A DNA stretch of 64,000 nt from an uncultured virus (IMG/VR IMGVR_UViG_3300011906_000002) (IMGVR_UViG_3300011906_000002:1-64000); one strand, 5' to 3'. Shown: positions 18,846-29,893, counted from the stretch's first letter. The notes: generated by a model from the letters alone, not told the origin. Numbers and translations are program-made.

Positions 18846-20513
18846 GTGGACATGAATCTCTTTAGCTTGGTTGCAGATGCAACGCCCAAGTTCAACCCGA
18901 GCATCATGAATGGGTTGGCAGTTGAACAAATGAAAGGAGTAGAACGCTATGTGGACTCTCTCTTTCGCAGTATTTCGAAAAGCTTCCCAGATAAGCTGAA
19001 GTACGTTGGGTGTTCGCGCTGTACGCCCCAAGAGGAATACCAAGAGATCACCCGCAAACGCAACAACCGGTACACGATCGACATTGCTCGGTCTGACTTC
19101 TTCATGATGAAGTATATGTTCCGTTATGACGGGGAAGACCTGCCAGATCGTTACATCTACTTACCGTATGTCCGCCAAGGGGGATTGATTTCAATCAGGG
19201 GCAGTACGTTCTCGATCAGTCCAGTATTGGCTGACAGGGCGATTAGCTATGGATCAGACAGCATCTTCATTCCGGTACAGGTGGCCAAACTGACGTTTGA
19301 ACGTTTGGACTACAAGTACAACGAAGTTGGGTCAATGGAATCTGAAGCTGTAGATGCATTGTACACCGTGGAAGCAAACGTGGCTTGGTCAACGATCTAC
19401 AACCAAGACAGCGCAAAACGCCAAGGACAGTATTTTGTAAAGGCCAAGCACACGCTGGGTCATTACTTGTTTTGCAAACATGGGGTCACGGGGGCATTTG
19501 AGAAGCTGGTGCCTGGCTGTGACGTTCGGGTGGGATATCCCGAGACAATCAATTACGACCGGATGGAACGCTCGGAGTGGTTGATTTGTGAAAGTACCAA
19601 AGATCTACCCCGCACCCTAAAAGTGGCGCCGGGGGCGAATGGCAAACGGGTGTATTTCCCAAGCAACATTCGATTGGCGGTACGTAAGGATCGGTTGACC
19701 ATTGGACTGCAGGCATTGATTGCCTCCTTCTTTTACGTCGTGGACCACTTCCCGGATCGCATTGAACCTGGTTATGTGGACAACGAACGGGTCTGGCGAG
19801 TACTGATGGGCTACTTGATCTTTGGATCAGGTCAGAGTGAGGCCAAGCTCGCTGACGACGTGGACACCCACATCGAGTCGTTGGATGAGTACATGGATGA
19901 ACGCTCACGGATTGATTTGCAAAGTGTCGGCGTCATTGCGGATGACATTTACATGTTGTTCAACAGTGCCATCGAAATGCTGGCTGAGATGGTGATTCGC
20001 CCTGACAACGTTGAGTCAACGATGTACGACAAAGAACTGATGGTTCTGCGTTACGCACTGTTCGACATCAACAAGGCAATCTCTCACTTCAAGTTCACAC
20101 TACAAAAGATCATCAAGAAAACTAAAGTCAAGGAGGAGATCATCACTGCCCTTAAGACCAAGATCGGTCAAGAGGAAATTGCCAAGATGAACCGTGGTCA
20201 TGGGGAAGTAGCAGGGATCTCAAGTCCTGGCGACAACATGTACTTCAAGATTACCTCGATTCTGGTCCCACAAACCAGTGCCACCGGTGGTGGACGTGGT
20301 AACAAGAAGACTACCCTGACCGATCCTTCGAAATACTTGCATGCCTCGATTGCCGAGGTGGGTAGCTACAACAACTTACCGAAGACCAGTCCTGATGGCC
20401 GTACTCGTACAAACATGTACTTGGAGCTTGAAGAAGGTCGCCGCGTTAAGCGGAACCAGCGGTTTGCGAAGCTGCTCAACAGCGTACAGAAAAAGATTCA
20501 ACACACGCATTAA
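18846..20513 (+). CDS. Non-virion RNA polymerase subunit, beta N-terminal part (phiKZ gp123-like)
   Basis: YIYLPYV...G..F.ISPVL and HAS..EVGS.......PDGR beta-like motifs; syntenic position. Confidence 0.8.
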   Translation: MDMNLFSLVADATPKFNPSIMNGLAVEQMKGVERYVDSLFRSISKSFPDKLKYVGCSRCTPQEEYQEITRKRNNRYTIDIARSDFFMMKYMFRYDGEDLPDRYIYLPYVRQGGLISIRGSTFSISPVLADRAISYGSDSIFIPVQVAKLTFERLDYKYNEVGSMESEAVDALYTVEANVAWSTIYNQDSAKRQGQYFVKAKHTLGHYLFCKHGVTGAFEKLVPGCDVRVGYPETINYDRMERSEWLICESTKDLPRTLKVAPGANGKRVYFPSNIRLAVRKDRLTIGLQALIASFFYVVDHFPDRIEPGYVDNERVWRVLMGYLIFGSGQSEAKLADDVDTHIESLDEYMDERSRIDLQSVGVIADDIYMLFNSAIEMLAEMVIRPDNVESTMYDKELMVLRYALFDINKAISHFKFTLQKIIKKTKVKEEIITALKTKIGQEEIAKMNRGHGEVAGISSPGDNMYFKITSILVPQTSATGGGRGNKKTTLTDPSKYLHASIAEVGSYNNLPKTSPDGRTRTNMYLELEEGRRVKRNQRFAKLLNSVQKKIQHTH

Positions 20514-20578
20514 ACGACACACCCGTGTCGCCCCCTCTCGCACTAAACTGATAAGCCTAGCGCTTAAGGACTACCGCT

Positions 20579-22888
20579 ATGTACCCACAACAACCCATGT
20601 ACGGCGCTGCACTTCCGGTTCCGACTGACCAAGTCAATTCGATGAACTTCATCCAGAGTGCACCGAATCTTCCTGTGCAGTTTAACTTCAACAGTCTGCC
20701 TCAGATGCAACAGCTGAACCAAATGGTGGCAGGCTACTTGATCAAGGTGGTTCAGGATAACGCGGGCCGCAACCCGCTGCGTACGTTTACAGCGAACATG
20801 CTGTCGACTAACCGTTGGGTCAACCCTGAGTTTGAATCGGCGTTCTTGGCAGTCTCGGACTATGCGTTCGTACTCCTGAGTTCCGGGCAGGCGCAGAACA
20901 ACCCTGAACAGGCTGTGATGCAAGCGGCAACCCAAGTGGCCAGTTGTTTGGCTGCGATCTACGCCCAGAAGTTCCCACAGCTGATGCAAGGCATGCCGCC
21001 TCAACAGCAACAGGAACTGGCAGGCCTTCTCGCTACCTATCAGCAGATCGCTCAGCGCATTGCGCAGATGCGTCAGCAGGTACAAGGTGGTTGGGGTGGG
21101 GCGCAACCACAACCGCAAGGCTTCCAAGTCAGTGGTGGGTGGGGTAACCAGTCCTTCCAAGCGCAGGCTCCTCGTGGACAATGGGCGGGTGCCAATGTTC
21201 AACAGCAGAATGGGGGTTGGTCGAATCAGCCGGTTCAACAAAATCCAGGTTGGGGGAACCAGAACCAACAGAACAACGGTTGGGGTAACACGCAAAACAA
21301 CGGTTGGGGTAACACGCAACATCACAACACGGCTGAAGCGGTGGTCAACCGGGACAACGAACGTAATTCGTTTGCTCCGGCTGTGCAGACTCAGCCACAA
21401 ACCCAGCCTCAACAGAGTCAGGTTGAGGTGACCAAGCTCACTGGGACGGATGCAATCATGGAAGAATGGGGTCAGGAAACTACCGCGCGACATGGTCAAG
21501 GCCAAACCGTACCGGCACAAGGGGCGTACACCCCGCCGACTCAGGCACAGGCTCAGCCACAAGTCCAACCAACTCAGACCAAGCCTCGTCGCATGACTGT
21601 GGTGGAAGCACTGGACAAACCAGGCGAGTTCATCCCGCTGGATATGTCGAACATGCAGTTCATCAACAAGATGGGCTTCATCTCGGCTGATCCAAACCGT
21701 CTGTGGGACCAACTGGTGCTCGAGTCAGGTGAAGAGGTACGTCCGGCTCACTGCAGTGGCTGGCGCACCACCTACGACCCGTCAGCTCCTTATGGGGTGT
21801 TCTACAACCCTGAGCAGTACGTGAAGTTCCACATCCGGAAGATCAACGAAGACGGTACGATGTTTGTCCGTGAGAAATTGATCGAAATCGAAGATGACGT
21901 GAGGCCCACCATGCAATACCTCAACCACGAAATCCGCAAGTCCCTAGACTACCGTCTCCCTGACGATGTCAAGGTTGCTGAGGTGCCGTGGTCTACCCTG
22001 ACCAAAGAACCGCTGCCGGTTAACCAACTGGCGAAGCACAACGAGGAGCAGAGCAAACTGGAAGAAGGTCAAGAACCCACTCCGGTGGAAATCCTGACCC
22101 TCGATCTCAAGAAGGCGTGCCATAGCTTCGAAGAGGCAGAGCTGAATTATCACAAGGAACTGATTTGCCACGACGTTCCTGAGATGATGCCGGTTGAGTA
22201 CAGCTTCCGCAAGGTGACTCCGTTGTTCTTGTCCAAGCCACACCTGGCTAAGCTCGCTGAGCTGCGTCAGTGTGAAAGCCTGGTCGAGTTGGCCATTGTG
22301 TTGCGTGAATCCGAAATGGATCACCTGCTCAAGACCAAACTGAACGGTATCCTGACCGAAGCGGTTAACGATGCAGTGGCATACAACCTGGGCTACGGCA
22401 AAGGGTTGAATATCGATGACTTCATTTACGATATTCATGCTCTGTGTGAAACGCTGGTCGAAGACGGTTATCACCAGATGTGCCAGACACTGAACAAGGA
22501 ACGCTACGCAGCGATTGTGTTGCCTGCCTTGGAAGTGTTGACCGGTGAAGAGCAGTCCACCTACCTCAACCAACTGATCGATGGTTCGCCCAAAGAGCAG
22601 CGCAAGCAGTACCAGTCGGTGCTCTCTCTGGTTGAGAACAATGTTGTGGTTCACTTGGACGGTGTCTTTGGTCCGGCGTTTATGTCTGACGAAGCCCTAC
22701 AAGTCACTAAGGAAATGGACGAGCAACTGCTCGGCGCGATCCGGTCATCCTTCGGTCGTCACCACGGTGATAACAAGAAGCGGGTCAAGCACCATTACTT
22801 CGTTGACAACATCGGCACCATTCTGGAAGTCCATCGCGGTTGGTTGGTTCCAGGGTCCATGTTGGTGCGTCGTGTGACTGCGCTCTAA
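20579..22888 (+). CDS. Large hypothetical protein with an internal Q/N/G-rich low-complexity GW-repeat segment
   Basis: TAAGGA SD; 769 aa; seven G-W-type units. Confidence 0.8.
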   Translation: MYPQQPMYGAALPVPTDQVNSMNFIQSAPNLPVQFNFNSLPQMQQLNQMVAGYLIKVVQDNAGRNPLRTFTANMLSTNRWVNPEFESAFLAVSDYAFVLLSSGQAQNNPEQAVMQAATQVASCLAAIYAQKFPQLMQGMPPQQQQELAGLLATYQQIAQRIAQMRQQVQGGWGGAQPQPQGFQVSGGWGNQSFQAQAPRGQWAGANVQQQNGGWSNQPVQQNPGWGNQNQQNNGWGNTQNNGWGNTQHHNTAEAVVNRDNERNSFAPAVQTQPQTQPQQSQVEVTKLTGTDAIMEEWGQETTARHGQGQTVPAQGAYTPPTQAQAQPQVQPTQTKPRRMTVVEALDKPGEFIPLDMSNMQFINKMGFISADPNRLWDQLVLESGEEVRPAHCSGWRTTYDPSAPYGVFYNPEQYVKFHIRKINEDGTMFVREKLIEIEDDVRPTMQYLNHEIRKSLDYRLPDDVKVAEVPWSTLTKEPLPVNQLAKHNEEQSKLEEGQEPTPVEILTLDLKKACHSFEEAELNYHKELICHDVPEMMPVEYSFRKVTPLFLSKPHLAKLAELRQCESLVELAIVLRESEMDHLLKTKLNGILTEAVNDAVAYNLGYGKGLNIDDFIYDIHALCETLVEDGYHQMCQTLNKERYAAIVLPALEVLTGEEQSTYLNQLIDGSPKEQRKQYQSVLSLVENNVVVHLDGVFGPAFMSDEALQVTKEMDEQLLGAIRSSFGRHHGDNKKRVKHHYFVDNIGTILEVHRGWLVPGSMLVRRVTAL
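21272..21319 (+). repeat. Perfect 24-bp tandem duplication (NNGWGNTQ x2)
   Basis: AACAACGGTTGGGGTAACACGCAA occurs at 21272-21295 and 21296-21319. Confidence 0.95.
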
Positions 22889-22895
22889 GTATGGT

Positions 22896-22968
22896 TAGGT
22901 CAGGGGGCTTCGGCCCTCTGGCCAGCTATGCGGCATAAACGGGAGGTTGCCCTCCCGTTTTTTTTTTG
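22896..22968. terminator. Convergent-gene terminators
   Basis: GGTCAGGGGGC-TTCG-GCCCTCTGGCC, then CGGCATA-AACGGGAGG...CCTCCCGTT and a T-run. Confidence 0.7.
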
Positions 22969-22971
22969 CCT

Positions 22972-25812
22972 TTACTCAGGTTGGACGATTACACCGTCAC
23001 CGGCGAGACCACCCGAAGATTCCAGGTCAGCGTCGGATTCCTCCTCCTCTTCCTGCTCTTCTTCCTGTTCCTCCTCCTCAGGTTCGGCTTCTTCCTCACC
23101 ACCCTCATCATCGAGTTCGGCATCCATGTCGTCATCACCACCGAAGTCGTCGTCCCCGAAATCATCATCGGAGCCTTCTTCGTCATCAGTGTCATCAGAG
23201 CCATAATCACTGCCGCTGCTGTCGCCCTTGATCTCAATGTCTTGATCCGCTTCAACCGCGCGGCTCAGTTCATCGCGTTTCTTCTGGGCACCAGCCACCT
23301 TGATCATGTACCCTTGAATGGAGGCACCAATCGCTGTGATGTGGTCGTTGTGCACTTCGAGCAAGTCGAGCATTGGATGCTCTTCTTCCTTAAAGGTCAC
23401 CAGATCCAAGAGTTCAGGTAGGACGTTGTTCTCGTTCAACCACTTACGCTTGAAGTAGGCCAAGATAGCAGCTTTCACCACATCCACTTGATCAGCCTGT
23501 TCACCCAACGCAGTACCGTCTAGGAAGTCACTGTTGATGTAAGCTTCCACCACCTCCTCCAACGCTTCGACGTAAGCTTTGTAGGCTTCCATCTGACGCT
23601 CGATGGTGATGTTGTCAGGACGAGGCAAGGACACGCTCAAGGACATCACGAACTCACGGTACCATTCCTGATACTGTTCATCCTCTTCCTTGTTGTTAGC
23701 ATTCAGCTCAGGCCCTTGTGTGGAGGCTTGGGCTTGTTGCTCAGCCGGACTCTGTTTCTCTTTGAGTTCAGCTTCTTTCTGCTCAGCGGAGTTCTTGGCG
23801 TTGGCGATGCACTTCAACAGTACTTCACGCAACGATCCAGACTGACTGATGTACTTCCGGAAGAAGTCCGAGAGCATTTCAGTGAACATGTCTTGGTACA
23901 GAATCACACGCTTGGTCAGCAACAGGTTAGAGGAGACGATGGAGGTCGCAAACTCGACGTTGTAGCTGTTATCGACAGACTCGGGGGATAACCCCAAGCT
24001 CATCAGGTAACGCTTCTTCAACGACTCTTCCAGCTCGTTGTTCGGCTCCACGATGCTACGGCTACGGTCTTCCACTTCCATCCGGGTTTCTGGATAGGCT
24101 GGGTTCCCACTGACGTGTACGTCGACCCCTGCGTTTTGCAGGAAGTTGATGATGTCCACAGGGCTGGAAGCCCCGAGTGGGTAACTGGCCCGACGAGTGT
24201 TGACGTAGTTGTGTACCAGTTTCTCAACCGTGGTCGACGGATCAGGATCATCCGGGTCCAAGGTGATGTTCAGACCAGTGTGAGCGACCGAGTTATCGAT
24301 TGCCGACATGGTGTTAGCCAGCATCATGCTCACTCGTAACGACGCTAGGATCTTGTTGTTTTCCAACAGAGATTGACCAACGCCATACTGGTTGTAGTCA
24401 AAAGCGATGTAGCTCACCAACTCAACCGGTACGTACAGAAGCTGTGTCGTCATGTTGGCAAAGGTGCGCGCCAGCATGATGCGGTAGACTTCCAGAGGAC
24501 GAGCAATTTCCACCGTGTCGTTGTACAACCCGTTCTTCAAACGCGAGATCAGGTCGTTCTCCACCACAGTTGCATACATGCGTGTAGCTTCATCCACAGT
24601 ACCGTCTACGGTCCCGTCGCGCCATCCTTCTACAGCACGGGTTGACTGAGCAATCAATTGACTGGCCAGTTCACGGTTCTGCTGAAGGTTTTGACCCAAG
24701 TCGTTGTAGTAGTCGGCTTTGTTGGCTTTGTTCAGCGGGTTACCGGTGGCATCCAAGAGCACGAAATACCCGACGTGTTCTTCAGGCGAACCTGGAACGT
24801 GAACCGGAATGATACTTTCAGAAGGTAGACGCATCACCAAGGGATGTCCTACCGTAGCACGCCCGACTTGACCTGCTGTCTTAACCGCCATGACTTCACG
24901 GGCTTGGTATTGACGAGGTTTGTAGAAGCTTGCCTCAATGTCAGAACGCGACATCTCAGCACGCGACTCCATCCCTAGCCCCAAGCGTGCACTGACTGCT
25001 TGACTGCGCACCCGGTTATACAGGAACGGAGCTTTGAGGATGTCGGGGTTATCGCTCACCAGTACCTTGATGTCGATCCGCTGCTTGTCTTTGCCCTTGG
25101 TGTTGACTGAGGGGTTGTACGTCCCTACACGACTGGAGAGGATGTCCCGAGCCGACTCCATCGAGACGTTGGTTTTACGCCGTGGGATGGCTTGACCAAC
25201 ACTGTCAACCGAGTTACCCAAGATCCCAACAGACAGCTTGAAGGGGTCGTTGTTGTTAAGGTCTTCCAAACCCACTTGTCCTGAGGAGTTGATGATTTCG
25301 TCAATCGAACTCTCAGGCAGAATCAGCATCGGATAGCTACCGCGCTTGAACAAAGCGTCCGACAAAATCTTCGGCAACAGCGCTGGTATCTTATAGGTCT
25401 TGGTAAAGAACTCTTCGACGATGGCAAGCATCGGTCCAGAGATCTCCAAGGGAATTTTCGGACTGTTAACGTTGAAGTTTAACTCCACGTTCACCATGTC
25501 CTTAGGTGCCAGAATCGAGCTGACCAGGATCTGTTCGGCCAGTTCGGTGTCTGGTAGCAACTGATACAGGTTGCTTGAGTCGGTAACGTTGGCAGCGGTT
25601 TCCTCAGAAGTACGACGCAGGTACCCCCCAACGTTCAACTGATCCTTAGCCCGCGTGTCGCGGTCATACAGACCTTGGTTTTCCCGAACCAGTTTGTTGA
25701 CCACCGCAGCTGAAGCAGGGTTTTTGCGAAACGCTTTTAGGCGTTCATGGCGCGGTTGTTGGGAAGACAAGCCTAGCTGCGCCAGCTCGTTCGAATCGGG
25801 ACTTCGACTCAT
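22972..25812 (-). CDS. Putative portal protein (phiKZ gp129-like) with a long acidic C-terminal tail
   Basis: 946 aa; S/G-x-E sites (GLED, SMES, GMES); divergent from a large virion gene as in phiKZ-like gene order; D/E-rich tail. Confidence 0.65.
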   Translation of the reverse strand: MSRSPDSNELAQLGLSSQQPRHERLKAFRKNPASAAVVNKLVRENQGLYDRDTRAKDQLNVGGYLRRTSEETAANVTDSSNLYQLLPDTELAEQILVSSILAPKDMVNVELNFNVNSPKIPLEISGPMLAIVEEFFTKTYKIPALLPKILSDALFKRGSYPMLILPESSIDEIINSSGQVGLEDLNNNDPFKLSVGILGNSVDSVGQAIPRRKTNVSMESARDILSSRVGTYNPSVNTKGKDKQRIDIKVLVSDNPDILKAPFLYNRVRSQAVSARLGLGMESRAEMSRSDIEASFYKPRQYQAREVMAVKTAGQVGRATVGHPLVMRLPSESIIPVHVPGSPEEHVGYFVLLDATGNPLNKANKADYYNDLGQNLQQNRELASQLIAQSTRAVEGWRDGTVDGTVDEATRMYATVVENDLISRLKNGLYNDTVEIARPLEVYRIMLARTFANMTTQLLYVPVELVSYIAFDYNQYGVGQSLLENNKILASLRVSMMLANTMSAIDNSVAHTGLNITLDPDDPDPSTTVEKLVHNYVNTRRASYPLGASSPVDIINFLQNAGVDVHVSGNPAYPETRMEVEDRSRSIVEPNNELEESLKKRYLMSLGLSPESVDNSYNVEFATSIVSSNLLLTKRVILYQDMFTEMLSDFFRKYISQSGSLREVLLKCIANAKNSAEQKEAELKEKQSPAEQQAQASTQGPELNANNKEEDEQYQEWYREFVMSLSVSLPRPDNITIERQMEAYKAYVEALEEVVEAYINSDFLDGTALGEQADQVDVVKAAILAYFKRKWLNENNVLPELLDLVTFKEEEHPMLDLLEVHNDHITAIGASIQGYMIKVAGAQKKRDELSRAVEADQDIEIKGDSSGSDYGSDDTDDEEGSDDDFGDDDFGGDDDMDAELDDEGGEEEAEPEEEEQEEEQEEEEESDADLESSGGLAGDGVIVQPE

Positions 25813-25848
25813 GTTAACACTCCTATTTCAATTCCACTATAAGGGGGC

Positions 25849-28029
25849 TTGGACGTGTCCAATGCACGATATAAGCTGTATGTAGACGATGTGCTCTTGC
25901 TTGCACGTTCAATCGTCCTCAAAAGCGAAAGTACGGCGAACTCAATCAACCAATACTTCCGTGACACGGGATTGGCAGAGGTCTTTGAAGAGCAACCAGA
26001 AACGTGGAAATATTACCTGAACTTGGCAGGTGAGTACCACAGTACTGATACCCGGATGTTTGTCACCTCGCTGGACACCCGTGAAATCATTGAGTTCACA
26101 CGGGACAACTTAGTGGAGCATCGCGCCACTAAGCGCGGTTACATCACAGGGACACGTTTCTATAAGGAACTGGTCAGAAAGTACCCCAAACAGGTGGACC
26201 TGATTCAAGGGATCTTGGAACCGATAGACATCCAGCGCGCCATAGCCGCACGTGACGGTACGATTCTAAGTTATGACACCAGCCTTGTTGAGAGCAATGA
26301 AACCAATCTGATTCCAGAGCTGCAACAAAAAATCGATGGGTGGAAGGTGCGGTGGGACGTGGTCGATTACGCTAAAGTCGATGACCTCTATCCAGCAGCG
26401 AACCTAGGTCTGCTGTATATGAACATCCCGCTGTTCATTATGAACATCCGGCAGGCGAACTGCAGAACCGAAAAGGTGCACAGTTTCCATATCAGACAAT
26501 ACCTAGCTTCCAACGGAAAATTGGACAGCTACATCGATAACCTGACGAAAAAGCAAATGTTGTTTTTGTACCGTAACATTAAGTACATAAACCGCAATGC
26601 TGGAACTCAGGATACCTTTGAGTGGTTGGTGGACGCCTTGCTTACAGAGCGCCTACTCCCGCTGGCAAAATACCGCTTGCAACACAATATTTCTGGTATG
26701 CCTAATAAATTACTACCGACAATCAATGCCCAGCGCATTGACCTGACACGCTATGTCAGTGGGACGGTACGTGATACCTATTCTGCAAACGAGTTGATCC
26801 AGAAAGAAGTGCCTGCAACTCGCAACAACCTGCAATACCAAGACGCCGCTTTGGCTGACCTGAACCAGAAGTATCGTCGCCACGTTAATAACGAACTGCC
26901 TACTAAAGTGTTGGAATCTTCAGTGGTGGATCGGTCTGAAGCGTTTGCGGTGAAGTTTGGTGACGTGTTGTTGAACCACTGGATCAGTTGGGCGTGTGAA
27001 GGCAACTACTTGGCAATGGTGAACTTCGACAATCCGGCTAACGGTGAGTCTTTGTGGTTCACAGCCAAAGATGCCTTTATCTTGTTCCTTTACGCCTACA
27101 ACGCCGCTCACGGCTTGCGGTTGGAAACCATCCCAGATGTGGTGGCCACCTTTGTGCGTAAACCTGTGATCCCAAGCTTTGAACAACTGCGAGAGCTGGC
27201 GCAACCGTCGCGTGTACCGGATAACTGGATTCACTACCTTCGGGAAGACCAACCAGTCATTGGTGACGTCATCTCAACTGTTGCGTTCTACGAGAAGTGT
27301 CAAGAGATTCACCAGTCGTGGAAACTACACAGTGACTTCATTGCCTTCCGGGAACACATGACCTGTCGTGGACAAACCGAGAACGTGGCATATCACCTCT
27401 ACCAAGACGTACCTTACGACTTGGCCGGCGGTGTAACCTACGCCGATTGGTTACAGTCTAAGAACTTGGAATTGGATGATCTGTCTAAGGAAGAGTTCGA
27501 TCTCTTGGCCAATAACCTGTTGGCTGTGGCGACTGGGGGTGATCTTAAAGTCAGTGTAGGTTTGAGTGACTTGCAAGAAAGCATGGTGCGTTTGCTGCGT
27601 CAGCTGAGCAGTTACTCCATCCAGCTGGTGACTGAGCTACAAGGCAAGAACATCACGGTGGTGGGTTGTCCTGCACTGCGTTTAGGTGACAGTCAAGGGT
27701 CCGGTCAGGGTGTGACACGTATTCACCAAGCCAACGTTTATGTACAAGATGTCGGCGGATACGGTCGTAACGTACTGGAGGTGGATTTGTCAGAGGCGAC
27801 CTTTAATGCGTCCAGTACGGCAAAAGAGTTCAACACCAGTGCCTACGACCCAACGGTGGATGCCAAGCTTAGCGACATTGCCTATACCAGTCGGATACGC
27901 ATGACCATTCCAAGTGTGTATGCAACTTTGCGTACTCGTAAGCTTGAAGCCATTGAAGACGTCTTCCCAGTGCGCAGTACTGAGGACTACCAGTACCCAG
28001 ACAGTCCGCCTGCGGATCTGGACCTTTAA
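25849..28029 (+). CDS. Virion structural protein (phiKZ gp128-like)
   Basis: WKYYLNLAGEYH, SLDTRE.I.F and LFLYRNIKYI motifs; syntenic position. Confidence 0.7.
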   Translation: MDVSNARYKLYVDDVLLLARSIVLKSESTANSINQYFRDTGLAEVFEEQPETWKYYLNLAGEYHSTDTRMFVTSLDTREIIEFTRDNLVEHRATKRGYITGTRFYKELVRKYPKQVDLIQGILEPIDIQRAIAARDGTILSYDTSLVESNETNLIPELQQKIDGWKVRWDVVDYAKVDDLYPAANLGLLYMNIPLFIMNIRQANCRTEKVHSFHIRQYLASNGKLDSYIDNLTKKQMLFLYRNIKYINRNAGTQDTFEWLVDALLTERLLPLAKYRLQHNISGMPNKLLPTINAQRIDLTRYVSGTVRDTYSANELIQKEVPATRNNLQYQDAALADLNQKYRRHVNNELPTKVLESSVVDRSEAFAVKFGDVLLNHWISWACEGNYLAMVNFDNPANGESLWFTAKDAFILFLYAYNAAHGLRLETIPDVVATFVRKPVIPSFEQLRELAQPSRVPDNWIHYLREDQPVIGDVISTVAFYEKCQEIHQSWKLHSDFIAFREHMTCRGQTENVAYHLYQDVPYDLAGGVTYADWLQSKNLELDDLSKEEFDLLANNLLAVATGGDLKVSVGLSDLQESMVRLLRQLSSYSIQLVTELQGKNITVVGCPALRLGDSQGSGQGVTRIHQANVYVQDVGGYGRNVLEVDLSEATFNASSTAKEFNTSAYDPTVDAKLSDIAYTSRIRMTIPSVYATLRTRKLEAIEDVFPVRSTEDYQYPDSPPADLDL

Positions 28030-28035
28030 TCACAC

Positions 28036-28062
28036 GGGCCTCTTCGGAGGCCTTTTTTTTTT
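28036..28062 (+). terminator. Intrinsic terminator
   Basis: GGGCCTC-TTCG-GAGGCCT followed by a T-run. Confidence 0.8.
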
Positions 28063-28074
28063 CAGGGTGGTTTT

Positions 28075-29301
28075 ATGATTGATGCCCTCGATTTTGTGGG
28101 GTTGTTACAGTTGCCTCCAAGGGATGCCTTGGTCAGAATTGTCACCCAAGCCAACCAAGTGTTTGTGGATTCGGAACACTTGGAGTTCGGTACTCCGGTG
28201 GCCTTAGTGGGGCGTGAAACAGAGGTCGTGGTAACCGGCCGACGCCCTGCTGACACGTTCACAGGACAGCTCTATAAAGGCAGCATTGTCTTTCGTTTTA
28301 AGCGCATTGACTTTGCTGAGTTGTTTGCCAATACCAAACTCTCGGTGCAGATCGACCTGCCGTGCAAAACCTCCGACCTCATTGAAGTCATGGCTAAGCA
28401 CTTTGGTTACGTCTTTGACAGTAGTGATTACGTCAATGAGTTGATCACTGCAGACAACGCCTACGAGTATGTCCTAAAGGCAGCCCCGTATTCGTTGCGG
28501 TGGTGGGGTCAGGTCACTGTTTCGTTGCTCAAGAAGGTGTCGCTTGATGCGGTTACGCCCACACAGGACTTTGGGCGTTTAATTGCACCTGATACCAAGC
28601 GTCACTTGCAACTTGATCAGCACTTCACAGACGGTCGATTCTACGGAACGTACCTTAAGCGGCTACAGTTGGGTGAGATCCCACGCGATGAGATTCTACC
28701 GCAGCTCTTAAGTCGAGTGTTTGATCCGGTAGGGGTTGAACCTATCGATTGGACGTATTCGGATATCCCAACACCTGCTAACCTTAAAGGTGCACGCCTT
28801 AGCTTCAATGGGCGAGCTGTGGATGCTGGCGTGGTTCCGTACTTGTTCACGGTAAGTCGTGTGGCTCAGCTGCAATTAGACGAGTCGTTGAACACCGAGA
28901 TACGCGGTCCTTTGACAGTGAACTACAACTCCCAAGTGGTAGAGCTGGTGCCTGAGTTTCCCGCTCAAGGCTATCGGTTCCCTGCTGAGTTGTGGGCAGG
29001 GGTATTAGACGGTACTGATGAGTTGGGTTACTTTGGTGCTTTGTACGACGGTACGGTACTTAACAACTTGTCCGACACTGCGTTTATGGACCGCATCCTC
29101 GGATTGCCCGAAGGGTCTGTTACCTGTTCTCCCACTCCGTCTCAGGTAAACCTGTACAATGCCACAGTGGAGTACTTGGGTCGTAATGTCAGCTACCCCG
29201 CTTGCTACAATCCGTTCTTGACCCTGATCTGGGTGGTGCGGTTGGACCCTAAGTATTCGACGTACTTAGGCGGTCGTTTGATGATCTACTACACGAGATA
29301 A
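28075..29301 (+). CDS. Putative virion structural (baseplate/tail) protein
   Basis: Y.GS..F.FKRID motif; an internal duplicated 'NL..A...F/Y.GR' module; structural context. Confidence 0.6.
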   Translation: MIDALDFVGLLQLPPRDALVRIVTQANQVFVDSEHLEFGTPVALVGRETEVVVTGRRPADTFTGQLYKGSIVFRFKRIDFAELFANTKLSVQIDLPCKTSDLIEVMAKHFGYVFDSSDYVNELITADNAYEYVLKAAPYSLRWWGQVTVSLLKKVSLDAVTPTQDFGRLIAPDTKRHLQLDQHFTDGRFYGTYLKRLQLGEIPRDEILPQLLSRVFDPVGVEPIDWTYSDIPTPANLKGARLSFNGRAVDAGVVPYLFTVSRVAQLQLDESLNTEIRGPLTVNYNSQVVELVPEFPAQGYRFPAELWAGVLDGTDELGYFGALYDGTVLNNLSDTAFMDRILGLPEGSVTCSPTPSQVNLYNATVEYLGRNVSYPACYNPFLTLIWVVRLDPKYSTYLGGRLMIYYTR

Positions 29302-29305
29302 CCTC

Positions 29306-29893
29306 ATGAGTCTTTTAGCTATCAGTCAACTCTTGGGACTGTCCTCTACTGAGTTGCTGGAACAGTTGTACAGTCTGGTTAACGACCACGACCTTGATAC
29401 CAAACACGTGGCCTTGACCTATCAGGCTGACGGTCCTTATGTGAACGTGACCCTCAAAGCACGGGCGTTGACTGACGAGTTCGTACCAGGGCGTTACACC
29501 AATGAAACGGTGGTGCGTTACTTGCGCGAGGACTTAAAGGTGTTGTTCAACGGGACCCCTACGTTCTATTACACGGGGAATTGGCCGGTAACTTTCGGCG
29601 CGCTCAAAGCTCACATCTTGGGTACTTACGGGGTGTTGTTGGAAAACGCAGACCTGTTAAAACCCGGCAGTGCAGTTGAGACGGTTAGTGACAACTTCTC
29701 ATTTATAGAAGCGAATTACCAAGGCACTGATCATGTAATCGAACTGCGGGTGGCTGAACACTCTCCACGCTTTGTTCCACATGTCAGTGGTGGGGATTCG
29801 ATCTACATCCGCATTCTTGATCCGAATGGTGCAGACCTTGCGTTGATCGGACCAACTCGTCAATTGCCGCCAGTTACCAGTTTGGATGCGTGA
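29306..29893 (+). CDS. Putative virion structural protein
   Basis: Similar Y...T.VRY.R.DL N-terminal module; coupled to the upstream gene. Confidence 0.55.
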   Translation: MSLLAISQLLGLSSTELLEQLYSLVNDHDLDTKHVALTYQADGPYVNVTLKARALTDEFVPGRYTNETVVRYLREDLKVLFNGTPTFYYTGNWPVTFGALKAHILGTYGVLLENADLLKPGSAVETVSDNFSFIEANYQGTDHVIELRVAEHSPRFVPHVSGGDSIYIRILDPNGADLALIGPTRQLPPVTSLDA

